50,140 nt of DNA from Nitrospinota bacterium (GTDB lineage Bacteria > UBA8248), in the NCBI GenBank assembly GCA_046581755.1, contig JAYGFR010000240.1:1-50140 (forward strand), read 5' to 3'. The notes under the pieces were generated by a model. That model was given only the letters and a program-made list of their open reading frames with translations, was not told the origin of the DNA and ran no database searches. The translations under genes were made by a program, and so were the position numbers. Below, in pieces: positions 1 to 9,194 of the stretch. Positions within the stretch are counted from its first letter, which is position 1. Every line of letters begins with the position of its first letter.

Positions 1-120
1 TAAAAATGTGCGCCTATTGATCAACCGGTCATTTCGCATAACGTCTCTCCATGAAAAGAAAGTAACCCAAGCTTCCCAGAACCACCTGTTTTCGGAATTA
101 TGTTGCAACACTCCATATTC

Positions 121-1911
121 CCGGAATTATGCGGCAACCAAGGCTCCTCCCCTGATTCCGCACCAAGCACTCACAATTCCGGCTGTGTTTCCCGTATTGG
201 TTTCCCCAAGTTTAGCAGGAAACGCCATGCGAGGAACCTCCTTATAAGCGAAATTAGGCCTTCTGAGGTGCATTTCTGGACGGAGGAATCCGGAATTATG
301 CAGCACCGCTCTCAATCCAGCATATTCCGGTCTATTCACCCTTCCTCGGGCAGCGCCTCCCGCCGAGATGGCCAACAAGTGCGCTGTAAAACACCTCTGA
401 GGCAGCTCCTACAACCAGAATCACGGTGCATAAGCGGTTTCCTCCTTTTCGGGGCGCAATGAACCCTTCTCCTCCGGACTCAACACCGCTTCCAGCCCCG
501 CGTCAGCCATAGCCGAGCACAGCCCGGTAGTAATGGGCCAGCGGGAAGGCCGAGGCCACGTGAACGCACCACCTTTTGGAGTGATAGGAGACCCTGGCCC
601 CGACCTTGATGAGCCGCCTGATCAGCCACTCGACCGAGCGCCTCACTCCCTCGTCCTTGACGTAGAATTGCCGGAGCATGTGAAGCAGGTTGTAAGCCAA
701 GGCCCCCATCTTGAGGCGGGCCTGATTGGCCCCGAAGCGGTGGCAGCTGGTCTTGTCCCACCGCAGGGTGTTCTTGCCCTCCTTGATCCGGTTCTCGACA
801 TCTCCCCTGCCGTTGTAGACCTTCACCACCTTCGCCCTAGGGAGCCTGGAGTTGGTCACGATGAAGCTGACCTCAGGGAACATCTCCCCCTGGGGCCATT
901 CCAATTTGCAGACCACACGCCGGGGTTTGCTCCAGCTCTTTGCTTGGTAATGGAAATCGATCACTTTGACCTGAGACCCGATCCTGGGCGGACGCCCCAC
1001 GGGCCGTGCGAGATGGGGATCAACGAGTCTCTCCAAGTTCTGATTCTTGGGCAGTCTGATGAAGTAGGTGATCCGCTTCTCCTCGCAGTATTCGTAGATG
1101 TCTGGATTGGAAAAGGCGGCGTCGCCGCGAAGCCAGAGGAGCTCGAACCGGGGACGGTATCTCTCCACGATGGGATGAATGAACGGGAGAGTTCCATCGG
1201 CCGAGTGAACGTTGCCCGGCCTGAGCTTCGCGCCCAGGCAGGCGCCCTCGCTCGTGAAGGCAAAAAGCGGATGAAAGCAGCTCACACCGAAGTGGCCGTT
1301 GTAGGCGACACGCTCCTGCTTGCCATGGGCCGGGTCCTGGGTGGAGTCAACGTCGATGATCAGCCGCCGCTTGTCCTTCTTCCTCAGCAGGGCGTCGACC
1401 GAGCGCCGAAGCGCGCCGTCCAGCACCTTGAGCCCGGCCTCGTTGCCCAGGACCTCGTTCTCCAGCCGAGACAGCATGGACTGGCTCGCTCCCGCCTCGT
1501 GGCCCTTGCCGATGGCAAGGCGAAGGGCCGGATCGATTCGGAGATAATCGGCGTCGTTGCAATCCTCGTAGCCCGCCGCGATCTGATAAACACGTTGCCT
1601 GATCATCTGGACCAGGGAGTGCCTGGTATGAACGGCTGACCTTCGGTCTTCGAGGCAATCACACATGGGGCCGATGATGTCGAAGCGCTCGTCCATCTCC
1701 CGCAGGAGAAGAAAACCTGTGTCGGAACTGATCTTGGCGCCCTGGAAATCCACCAGGATCGAGCGGTTGAAATCGGGCCGCAGGGCCTCTTTTTGGCTGC
1801 CACCACATCCGAGCATCTGACATCCTCTCGCTCGGGCGATTTTAGCTAATTATATCATATGGTTACAAAGATTCCCGGCTCTTTTTGCTCTGTTCCGCCG
1901 CATAATGTGGG
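121..1911 (-). mobile_element. IS1380-family insertion sequence (far end uncertain)
   Basis: Contains the transposase. End upstream of the transposase at 1896-1911 (reverse complement CCCACATTATGCGGCG); related inverted copies at 290 (CCGGAATTATGCAGCA), 121 (CCGGAATTATGCGGCA) and 92. Host reading frame resumes exactly at 1912. Confidence 0.7.
503..1816 (-). CDS. IS1380-family DDE transposase
   Basis: 437 aa with family motifs F.GAKISSDTGFLLLRE, IAAGYEDCNDADYLRIDP, IDVDST.DPAHGKQE, LRGDAAF, YNGRGDVENRIKEGK. Confidence 0.95.
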   Translation of the reverse strand: MLGCGGSQKEALRPDFNRSILVDFQGAKISSDTGFLLLREMDERFDIIGPMCDCLEDRRSAVHTRHSLVQMIRQRVYQIAAGYEDCNDADYLRIDPALRLAIGKGHEAGASQSMLSRLENEVLGNEAGLKVLDGALRRSVDALLRKKDKRRLIIDVDSTQDPAHGKQERVAYNGHFGVSCFHPLFAFTSEGACLGAKLRPGNVHSADGTLPFIHPIVERYRPRFELLWLRGDAAFSNPDIYEYCEEKRITYFIRLPKNQNLERLVDPHLARPVGRPPRIGSQVKVIDFHYQAKSWSKPRRVVCKLEWPQGEMFPEVSFIVTNSRLPRAKVVKVYNGRGDVENRIKEGKNTLRWDKTSCHRFGANQARLKMGALAYNLLHMLRQFYVKDEGVRRSVEWLIRRLIKVGARVSYHSKRWCVHVASAFPLAHYYRAVLGYG

Positions 1912-2448
1912 ATCGACTATACCGTCCAGGCGGCGAAAAATGCCGCCCCGGCGGTTCCCGTGACGGTGGGAGTCGATAAATTCCGCGCCGATTCGGTGTA
2001 CCGGTCAGAGAAAATGGTGTTCCGGCGGGTGCCCTACCAGGTGGATTTTTATCCCTATGAGCGCTGGGGGGCGCGGCCGGATGAAATCGTGACGGATCGG
2101 ATGATCGACCACCTCTTGGCCACGCGCCGGTTCCGGGAGGTCATCCGCTCGGTGAGCGGGGGGCGCTTGGATTATCTGGTGCGCGGGCGAATCAAGCGGT
2201 TTGAGGAGAATGATGTCTCGAATCGGTATTTCGCCGTCGCCCGGATCGAGATTTCCCTGATATACCGGCGGACGGGACAGGTGCTGCTTCAAAAGCGGAT
2301 CTCCCGCCGGACCCAGGCGAATTCGAAGCCGCCCCAGGGGTTTGTCGATGCGATGGCGAAAAACCTGAAGGTGTTGTTGGGAAGCGCCGCCGCCCAAATC
2401 GCCGAGGCGGTGACACGCCATCATCAAAAGCTGGCCAATCGGCCTTGA
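1912..2448 (+). pseudogene. PqiC-like ABC-transport auxiliary lipoprotein, 5'-truncated by the IS
   Basis: Frame is open from 1912 (IDYTVQAAKNAAPAVPVTVGV...). YPYERWGARPDEIVTD and YLVRGRIKRFEE fit the family. No signal peptide or lipobox remains. Confidence 0.7.
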
Positions 2449-2732
2449 CAGCCCGGTCAATGGCCCGTAATTACAAAGGGGACAGCATCAAAAAAGTTCC
2501 GCAAACCGCTCCGTCCGAGGTAGCACTCCGTACCACAAAGCTGGTAAATTAGAGACCTGGAACCGGAATTGAAAGAGGTAAGAGGAGACTTGGTTCCCGG
2601 GCGCTCTGTGGGGCGGTTTCGCATGTGGCTTTTCAGCGTCTCGATTTGGCCACGGGGATGAAGGCGCCGGAGATTTGAAAGCTCACCGCATCCCCCGCGG
2701 TTTTCGGGGTTGCGGCGGTTCATGGAGGAAGG

Positions 2733-3287
2733 ATGAATCCCAGGCTGAAAGCCCCCGAGATGAAACTTCCCGCCGAATATGAGGCGGAGGTTCTGGAAAA
2801 CCCTGTATTCATCGACCGCCGGCGGTTCATGAATTACTGCGGGTGGGTCGGCATCCTGGGCAGCCTGGCCGTAGGCTCGCTGGGGATGTTGAGATTCATG
2901 TTCCCCCGGGTGCTTTTCGAGCCGCCCACGGCCTTTAAGGCAGGGTTTCCGTCGGACTATTCCGTCGCCACGGTCGATACGCGGTTTGTGAACTCCCACC
3001 GCGTGTGGATTATCCGCGAAGAAAAGGGATTTTACGCGCTGAGCGCGATTTGCACGCATCTGGGCTGCACCCCCAAGTGGCTGGCCAACGAGAATAAATT
3101 CAAATGCCCATGTCACGGAAGCGGATTCAGAAGGAGCGGCATCAACTTCGAGGGCCCGGCTCCCCGGCCGCTGGATCGCTACAAGATCGTCCTGTCCGAG
3201 GACGGTCAGATGCTGGTTGAGCGCGCCAAGGCCTTCCGTCATGAAAAAGGGGAGTGGACCAAGCCTGATGCCTATCTTTTCGTCTAG
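2733..3287 (+). CDS. qcrA: Rieske 2Fe-2S subunit of a Rieske/cytochrome b complex
   Basis: Tat-like DRRRFM, TM helix, CTHLGC and CPCHGS boxes, GPAPRPL. True start may be 2760. Confidence 0.95.
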   Translation: MNPRLKAPEMKLPAEYEAEVLENPVFIDRRRFMNYCGWVGILGSLAVGSLGMLRFMFPRVLFEPPTAFKAGFPSDYSVATVDTRFVNSHRVWIIREEKGFYALSAICTHLGCTPKWLANENKFKCPCHGSGFRRSGINFEGPAPRPLDRYKIVLSEDGQMLVERAKAFRHEKGEWTKPDAYLFV

Positions 3288-3338
3288 CGATCCGATAATG
3301 AATTCATATCCCCGAATCGGGGTTTCGGGAGGAAGTGA

Positions 3339-4130
3339 ATGCCGACCTTTATAAAAGAGCGTTTCAATCTCGATCAGATGAAGCGGAATATCGTGGATTC
3401 CCAGGTGTGGCGCTCCATGTTCCGCCATGGCTACGAGGACACCCCGCGGAACCGTGTCCTGATGGTGGTGGACAACCTATGGCTCCACCTTCACCCGACG
3501 AAAATCCGCCGCCACGCCATCCGCATTCGCTTCACGTGGTGCATGGGGGGGATCACCTTCCTCTTGTTCCTCTATCTGACCATCACGGGCGTGATCCTGA
3601 TGTTCTATTACCGCCCTGTGGGCGAGTACGCTTACGCCGACATGAAGTTCCTCGAGTTCGACGCCCCGTTCGGCATGTTTATGCGCAATATGCACCGCTG
3701 GGCCGCGCACGCGATGATCATCACGGTCTGGCTGCATATGCTCCGGGTTTTCATGACGGGCTCCTACAAGCCGCCCCGGGAGTTCAACTGGGTCATCGGC
3801 GTCCTCCTTTTGGTCATGACCCTGATGCTCAGCTTCACGGGATACCTGCTCCCCTGGGATCAGCTATCCATATGGGCGGTCACGGTGGGAACGAACATGG
3901 CGCGGGCTACGCCCCTCTTGGGAACCGAGGGTCCGTTCGCCGATATGGTCGGGGTCACCCCCCGCTTCGATGCGCGCTCGGTCCTTTTGGGCGGAACCAT
4001 CGTCGGGCCGCCCACCCTTTTGCGCTTCTACGTGCTTCACTGCATCGTAATTCCCTTGGTCGCCTCGATACTCATGATGGTGCATTTTTGGCGAATACGA
4101 AAAGACGGCGGAATATCGGGGCCGCTTTAG
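3339..4130 (+). CDS. qcrB: Cytochrome b6-like N-terminal subunit
   Basis: WCMGGITF (heme ci Cys position), [11 protein letters not shown]...[23 protein letters not shown]...MVHF. Confidence 0.95.
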   Translation: MPTFIKERFNLDQMKRNIVDSQVWRSMFRHGYEDTPRNRVLMVVDNLWLHLHPTKIRRHAIRIRFTWCMGGITFLLFLYLTITGVILMFYYRPVGEYAYADMKFLEFDAPFGMFMRNMHRWAAHAMIITVWLHMLRVFMTGSYKPPREFNWVIGVLLLVMTLMLSFTGYLLPWDQLSIWAVTVGTNMARATPLLGTEGPFADMVGVTPRFDARSVLLGGTIVGPPTLLRFYVLHCIVIPLVASILMMVHFWRIRKDGGISGPL

Positions 4131-4154
4131 GCCCGTTACCGAGAGGCAACGACC

Positions 4155-4934
4155 GTGGCAAAAGAAGACAAGGTAATCGGCACGGCTGACGATTTCCCCA
4201 GGACAAGCTGGGAGCGGGTCAACGACAAGGTGCACGTCTGGCCCTACCTGACGCGCCTTGAGTTCATGACGGCGATTATTTTCACGATCATACTCGTTGT
4301 CTGGTCGATCATGGTGGATGCGCCGCTCGAGGAGCCCGCCAACCCGTCGGTTACCCCCAACCCCTCGAAGGCGCCTTGGTATTTCCTTGGCCTTCAGGAG
4401 ATGCTTGTCTACTTCGACCCGTGGATGGCGGGGGTGGTCCTGCCAACGCTGATTATCGTCGGGCTGATGGCGATTCCTTATATCGACGTGAACCCCAAGG
4501 GAAACGGGTATTACACCTTTAAGGACCGCAGGTTCGCCATCCTGACCTTTTTGTTCGGATTTTTGGTGCTTTGGGTCTGGCTGGTCATTCAGGGGACCTT
4601 CATGCGCGGGCCGGGGTGGAACTTTTTTATGCCCTGGGAGAAATGGGACCCCCATAAGATAGTTGCGCTTACAAATGTGGACCTGCCCTACCTGTTCGGT
4701 TTTCGTGGCTATTGGGCGCAGGCCGCCTTCGGCATCTTTTGCATCGTCGCCTGGTACGCGACAATTCCGATTTGGTATGTCTGGCGCCGGAGCACCCTGG
4801 TGAACGTCGGGTTCGCCCGGTATGCCCTCAAAAGTTTTCTTTTCATGACGATGATGGGGCTGGTGGCCAAAATGCTACTGCGCATCGGTTTCAACATAAA
4901 ATACATCCTCGTTTTGCCCTGGTTGAATATCTAG
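4155..4934 (+). CDS. Cytochrome b subunit IV-like protein, C-terminally extended
   Basis: VHVWPYL, APLEEPANPSVTPNPSKAPWYFLGLQE (PEWY-equivalent APWY), multiple TM helices. Confidence 0.9.
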   Translation: MAKEDKVIGTADDFPRTSWERVNDKVHVWPYLTRLEFMTAIIFTIILVVWSIMVDAPLEEPANPSVTPNPSKAPWYFLGLQEMLVYFDPWMAGVVLPTLIIVGLMAIPYIDVNPKGNGYYTFKDRRFAILTFLFGFLVLWVWLVIQGTFMRGPGWNFFMPWEKWDPHKIVALTNVDLPYLFGFRGYWAQAAFGIFCIVAWYATIPIWYVWRRSTLVNVGFARYALKSFLFMTMMGLVAKMLLRIGFNIKYILVLPWLNI

Positions 4935-4952
4935 GGCGGGGGAGGAGTCTGC

Positions 4953-5063
4953 ATGAGCCAGGAATCGCGTCAGAAAAAGCATTTATGGTGGGATGCCTGC
5001 GGGCTGCGCCTGATGGCGATGGGAGCGGTTGTGGGCACCAGTCTCTATTATTGGCTGGCCTGA
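4953..5063 (+). CDS. 36-aa single-TM protein (not in the ORF track)
   Basis: GGAGGA RBS at 4941-4946; MSQESRQKKHLWWDACGLRLMAMGAVVGTSLYYWLA; lies before the operon terminator. Confidence 0.55.
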   Translation: MSQESRQKKHLWWDACGLRLMAMGAVVGTSLYYWLA

Positions 5064-5095
5064 GGGTAGGACCTTCTATTTTCCGAAATATTCAT

Positions 5096-5124
5096 CGCTC
5101 CCCGCCCCGGGGAGCGTTTTTTTT
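5096..5124 (+). terminator. Intrinsic terminator of the qcr operon
   Basis: CGCTCCCC/GGGGAGCG hairpin followed by T8. Confidence 0.8.
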
Positions 5125-5144
5125 GGCCAGCCGCGCCGCGCTCC

Positions 5145-5654
5145 TCAGAAGGCGGGCCAGGGGAGGCCGCGCGAGCGGAGAATCTCCTTGAATTTCGATA
5201 CGTTGATGAGCTCCATCGGGGCGCCCTCGGTGTATTTGTTCACCTCTTCGGTGAAAAATCCGGTCGATATCAATATGCCCTTGAGCGCCCGCTCGGCGCG
5301 GACCGTGTCCGAGAGGCCGATGACGCGGATGGAATCCACAAAATCCCCCTCGGGGACGAGAATTCCATGGACGATGTAGTCGCCGCCGATCACGGGAGTG
5401 GGGTTGTGGGCGAGGATATCGATTTCCAACTCGTTCACCCAGACGGTTTCGATAATCCGCAGGTCCATGTCCTCAAGGAGGTTTATGATCGCGCGCTCGA
5501 ACTCGGCGGGCGACATCCGGGCAAGGGCCTGGACCCCCGCATCGTCCTGATTTTTGTCGAAATCGCCTTCGAGAGCAATATTGGAGGAAGTCTTCTTGAT
5601 GAGGAGGATGGTGAGGAAGCCGAGGAAAAGTGCGAAACCGATAACTTCAAGCAT
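5145..5654 (-). CDS. Membrane-anchored Mrr-like restriction-endonuclease-fold protein, probably inactive
   Basis: N-terminal TM helix, MSPAEFE, IDILAH, KGILISTGFFT, MELIN. The Q/ExK catalytic motif is replaced by HGI. Confidence 0.7.
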   Translation of the reverse strand: MLEVIGFALFLGFLTILLIKKTSSNIALEGDFDKNQDDAGVQALARMSPAEFERAIINLLEDMDLRIIETVWVNELEIDILAHNPTPVIGGDYIVHGILVPEGDFVDSIRVIGLSDTVRAERALKGILISTGFFTEEVNKYTEGAPMELINVSKFKEILRSRGLPWPAF

Positions 5655-5797
5655 TCGGTGTCCATTGGAATGTGGGATGGAATCGAGAAGCGGCCTGGGC
5701 ACAGGAGCCGGCGGGATCCGGAGGGTTTTTCGGAGAGGCGCTCCATCCGCCTCCTCCGCCCGAATGCCTTGGGCGATGTCCCTCTCCCGGCTTTGCG

Positions 5798-5965
5798 CTA
5801 CCGGATCATTTCATCGTAGATGGCGTCCTGCTTTCCCTCTTTGCTGAGTTTGTCGTGCCTGAGGCCCTGCGAGATGGCCAGCCACACGAAAAAAATCACC
5901 AGCGGCGCCATGAACGCGATAGGAATATTGTCCGGCTTCGAGAGGATTTCTATGAAATGTTCCAT
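5798..5965 (-). CDS. 55-aa single-TM protein with PDNIPI motif (cytochrome b complex associated)
   Basis: AGGAGA RBS; MEHFIEILSKPDNIPIAFMAPLVIFFVWLAISQGLRHD... Confidence 0.75.
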   Translation of the reverse strand: MEHFIEILSKPDNIPIAFMAPLVIFFVWLAISQGLRHDKLSKEGKQDAIYDEMIR

Positions 5966-6213
5966 GTTGGCGAAAGTTCTCCTGTCTGGGCACAAAATGG
6001 TTTTGAAAACGCACATTCTCCAGCGCCCGCATCTTCTCCGAATTTCCGGCCGCAAGCAAGTCAAATCCGGCGGCCGGGGAGAGGGGATTTCCCCAAAGGG
6101 CTTGACATGGGGGGCGGGAAACCGATATATGACCATTTAAGTCAATGATATTCGGCATGATTGGCCCATGCCGGATTGCCCCTTATCGGCTCGAATTTTT
6201 AAGGCGAATTTAG

Positions 6214-6732
6214 ATGCCCCACTTTATTTTCGATGAATGCATTGGATGCGACGCCTGCCTGCCGGTATGCCCCACCGATGCCATCCGGGGAAACAGCGGC
6301 ATCTCGGTGACCGTAAAAGGTTTTGAGGGAAAAGGGCGCGAAGTCTATGTCATCACCCCTTCGCTCTGCATCGATTGCGGGGTGTGCGGGAAGTATTGCC
6401 CGGTCGAGGCAATACAGGACCAGAGCGGCAGCCGCATCACGAATATCAAGCACAAGGGTATGCCCAAGGCCTATGTCATCGAGGAAAACTGCACCGGGTG
6501 CATATGGTGTGTGGATGTTTGTCCCTTCGATTGCATCATCATGGCCAACTCCTCCGTCGAGCGGGATCACAGCCCGGTGGCTGTCGTGGATCAGAGCGAG
6601 TGTGTGGGATGCCGGCTTTGCGTGGAGATTTGCAACAAGGGGGCGATCTTGGTGGACCGTCACGAGGATGAGTCCGATTACATGGCCCCCCTCATGACGG
6701 ATTTCGTGGTCTCCCCTCTCCGGGCCTATTGA
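6214..6732 (+). CDS. Polyferredoxin, 4x[4Fe-4S]
   Basis: Four CxxCxxCxxxC motifs: CIGCDACLPVCP, CIDCGVCGKYCP, CTGCIWCVDVCP, CVGCRLCVEICN. Confidence 0.92.
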   Translation: MPHFIFDECIGCDACLPVCPTDAIRGNSGISVTVKGFEGKGREVYVITPSLCIDCGVCGKYCPVEAIQDQSGSRITNIKHKGMPKAYVIEENCTGCIWCVDVCPFDCIIMANSSVERDHSPVAVVDQSECVGCRLCVEICNKGAILVDRHEDESDYMAPLMTDFVVSPLRAY

Positions 6733-6757
6733 GTCTCCGAAAAAGGGAAAATTTCCG

Positions 6758-6788
6758 GGCCTCCCCCTGTTTGGGGGAGGCCTTTTTT
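6758..6788 (+). terminator. Intrinsic terminator
   Basis: GGCCTCCCCC-TGTTT-GGGGGAGGCC followed by T6. Confidence 0.85.
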
Positions 6789-6877
6789 GTCAACGGCTTG
6801 CACTGCCTCTCTTGACGCTCCATCCTTCCCTCGGGTAGCGTTTTTACCCGAGAGCCAACGAGGAAGGAGCGACCGAA

Positions 6878-9100
6878 ATGCCTCCCAGGCTGCAAGGACT
6901 TCCGCCGGCGCGAATCATGGATATCGTCGATCTGGTGGAGGAGTACGCCTCCGGATACTCGGACCTCCTCACCAGCGCCTATATCTATACGGCCAAGGTC
7001 CACCGGGGTCAGTCCCGCATATCGGGCGAGCCTTATATCTCCCATCCCCTCGAGGTGGCGCGCATTCTGGCCATCATGCGCCAGGACCCCGACACCGTGG
7101 CCGCCGGAATCCTTCACGACACGGTGGAGGACACCTCGGCGACGTGCGAGGAAATATCGGGCCTCTTCGGCGAGCATGTGGGAAAGCTCGTGGATGGCGT
7201 CACCAAGCTGGCCAAGCTCGACAGCAGCAACCCCCACGTCCGCCAGGCGGAAAATTACCGAAAAATGCTCCTGGCGATGTCCCACGATATCCGGGTGATT
7301 CTCATCAAGCTGGCCGACCGTCTCCACAACGCCATGACGCTGGAATATCTCCCCCCCGACCGCCGCGAGCGCATCGCCCGGGAGACGGCCCAGATATACG
7401 CTCCCCTGGCGAACCGGCTGGGAATCGGCTGGCTCAAGGGCACGCTCGAGGAAATCGCTTTCCGCCATCTTCATCCGAAGGAGTACGCCGAAGTCGATAA
7501 AAAAATGAAAGAAGGCTTCGAGGACCGGAAAGTCTACCTGGACCAAACTAATGCCCTGGTGCAGGAGGCCATCGAGCGCTCGGGAATCGAAGCCACCGTG
7601 TCGGCCCGCTTCAAACTCCACTCCAGCATCTACCGCAAAATACAGGACCAGAATATCGACTTCCACCATGTCTACGACATCTCGGGCCTTCGAATCGTGG
7701 TCGAGGAGTTGAAGGATTGTTATGCCGTTCTCGGGCTGCTCCATTCCATGTGGAAGCCGATACCGGGGCGCTTCAAGGACTACATCGCCCTGCCCAAGGC
7801 CAACCTGTATCAATCCCTCCATACGACCGTCATGGGTTCGGCCGGCCAGCGGGTGGAATTCCAGATCCGGACGAAGGAAATGCACCGGGTCGCCGAGCAG
7901 GGGATTGCAGCCCATTGGCGCTACAAGGAGGAAGGGGAAGAAAAGGACGAAGAGTTCGATAAATTCGAATGGCTGCGGCGAATCATGGAGAGTCTCCGCG
8001 AGGAGACCGACGCCAAGGTTCTCGTCGATTCGGTCCGCCTGAATCTATTTCAGGACGAGGTGTTCGTCTTCACCCCCAAGAGCGAAGTCAAAAGCTTCCC
8101 CCGGGGGGCGACGCCGGTGGATTTCGCCTATGCGATACACTCCGAGGTGGGGCACCATTGCGTGGGCGCCAAGGTGAACGACCGGATCGTCCCCCTCAAT
8201 ATGCGCCTCGAAAACGGGGATGTCGTCGAAATTCTCACGAATCCCCAGCGGACGCCGGGAAGGGATTGGCTCAAATTCGTCGTGACGGTGCGGGCCAAGC
8301 AGCAGGTGAGGGCCTGGGTCCGCCAGGAGCAGCGGGCGCGCTCGACCGGTCTGGGCCGGGATCTTCTCGAGAACGAACTGGCCCGGTTCGAGGTGGAGCC
8401 CGCCCCATTTCTGGAAGAGGAGCCCCTGAATAAGACCGCCAGCGCGCTCAATTTACAGGACCACAAGGATCTCCTGGCCGCCATCGGGTTCGGCCGCGTT
8501 TCGGCCCGCGAAGCGGTCGTTCGCCTTCTTCCCGAGGAGGCCGTTCGGGCTCACGAGCGGCTGGAGAAATCCGCCATTCGCCGGTTTGTCCACCGAGTCG
8601 GCGGAAAAAAACGCCATGCCATCGAGGTGAATGGGCGGGGCGATCTCCTCATCCGCTTCGCCAAGTGCTGCAATCCGATTCCGGGCGACTCGATTTTCGG
8701 GTTTATCACCCGCGGCAAGGGCGTTACAGTTCATTCTAAAAAATGTTCCGGCGTGCAGGATCTTCTGGACGACAAGGAACGCCTGGTCGAGGTTTCCTGG
8801 GGCGAGTTGAAAAAAGGCGAATTGTTTGGCGTGACTCTCGCCGTCGAGGCGGTCGATCGACCGGGAGTCTTGGCGGGGCTGAGCGCGGCCATCGCGGGCT
8901 GTCAGAGCAACATCACCCGCATCGAGGCGGAATCCCACCGCGAACGGGCGTACAGTCGCCTCCAGGTCCAGGTCCACGACCTAGAACACCTCAACGAAGT
9001 CCTGAAAAGGGCGAAGGAGGTGAAAGGGGTTTTGTCCGTCCTGCGGATCACCTCCCAGGGGCAAAAGAAAGGCGTCATGGACGAACGGATTCAGGATTAG
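6878..9100 (+). CDS. spoT: Bifunctional (p)ppGpp synthetase/hydrolase (long RSH)
   Basis: HRGQ.R.SGEPYISHP, LHDTVED (HD intact), YQSLHTT, EFQIRT, TGS domain, AKCCNPIPGD, ACT domain. Confidence 0.96.
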   Translation: MPPRLQGLPPARIMDIVDLVEEYASGYSDLLTSAYIYTAKVHRGQSRISGEPYISHPLEVARILAIMRQDPDTVAAGILHDTVEDTSATCEEISGLFGEHVGKLVDGVTKLAKLDSSNPHVRQAENYRKMLLAMSHDIRVILIKLADRLHNAMTLEYLPPDRRERIARETAQIYAPLANRLGIGWLKGTLEEIAFRHLHPKEYAEVDKKMKEGFEDRKVYLDQTNALVQEAIERSGIEATVSARFKLHSSIYRKIQDQNIDFHHVYDISGLRIVVEELKDCYAVLGLLHSMWKPIPGRFKDYIALPKANLYQSLHTTVMGSAGQRVEFQIRTKEMHRVAEQGIAAHWRYKEEGEEKDEEFDKFEWLRRIMESLREETDAKVLVDSVRLNLFQDEVFVFTPKSEVKSFPRGATPVDFAYAIHSEVGHHCVGAKVNDRIVPLNMRLENGDVVEILTNPQRTPGRDWLKFVVTVRAKQQVRAWVRQEQRARSTGLGRDLLENELARFEVEPAPFLEEEPLNKTASALNLQDHKDLLAAIGFGRVSAREAVVRLLPEEAVRAHERLEKSAIRRFVHRVGGKKRHAIEVNGRGDLLIRFAKCCNPIPGDSIFGFITRGKGVTVHSKKCSGVQDLLDDKERLVEVSWGELKKGELFGVTLAVEAVDRPGVLAGLSAAIAGCQSNITRIEAESHRERAYSRLQVQVHDLEHLNEVLKRAKEVKGVLSVLRITSQGQKKGVMDERIQD

Positions 9101-9194
9101 AGCGCTGCCTGCCCGTGCACCTCGCGATCCGAATTGTGTTAACATTTCAAACCGATAGCGGTGGATTTGATGACAGGAGAGAAGAAAACGAACG

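Noticed and set aside
533..1639. 368-aa ORF antisense to the transposase, and many similar long antisense ORFs (e.g. 27498-29741, 39174-40454, 6692-7915)
   Set aside because: Shadow frames of high-GC genes; the opposite strand carries clear family motifs.
2500..2545. GCAAACC...CACAAAGC resembling a c-di-GMP-I riboswitch
   Set aside because: It lacks the GNRA-capped stem and the GGGxCGCAAAGC junction; kept only as an unassigned structured leader.
5145..5654. Type IV restriction (Mrr) defence system
   Set aside because: The catalytic motif is degenerate and there are no neighbouring defence genes.
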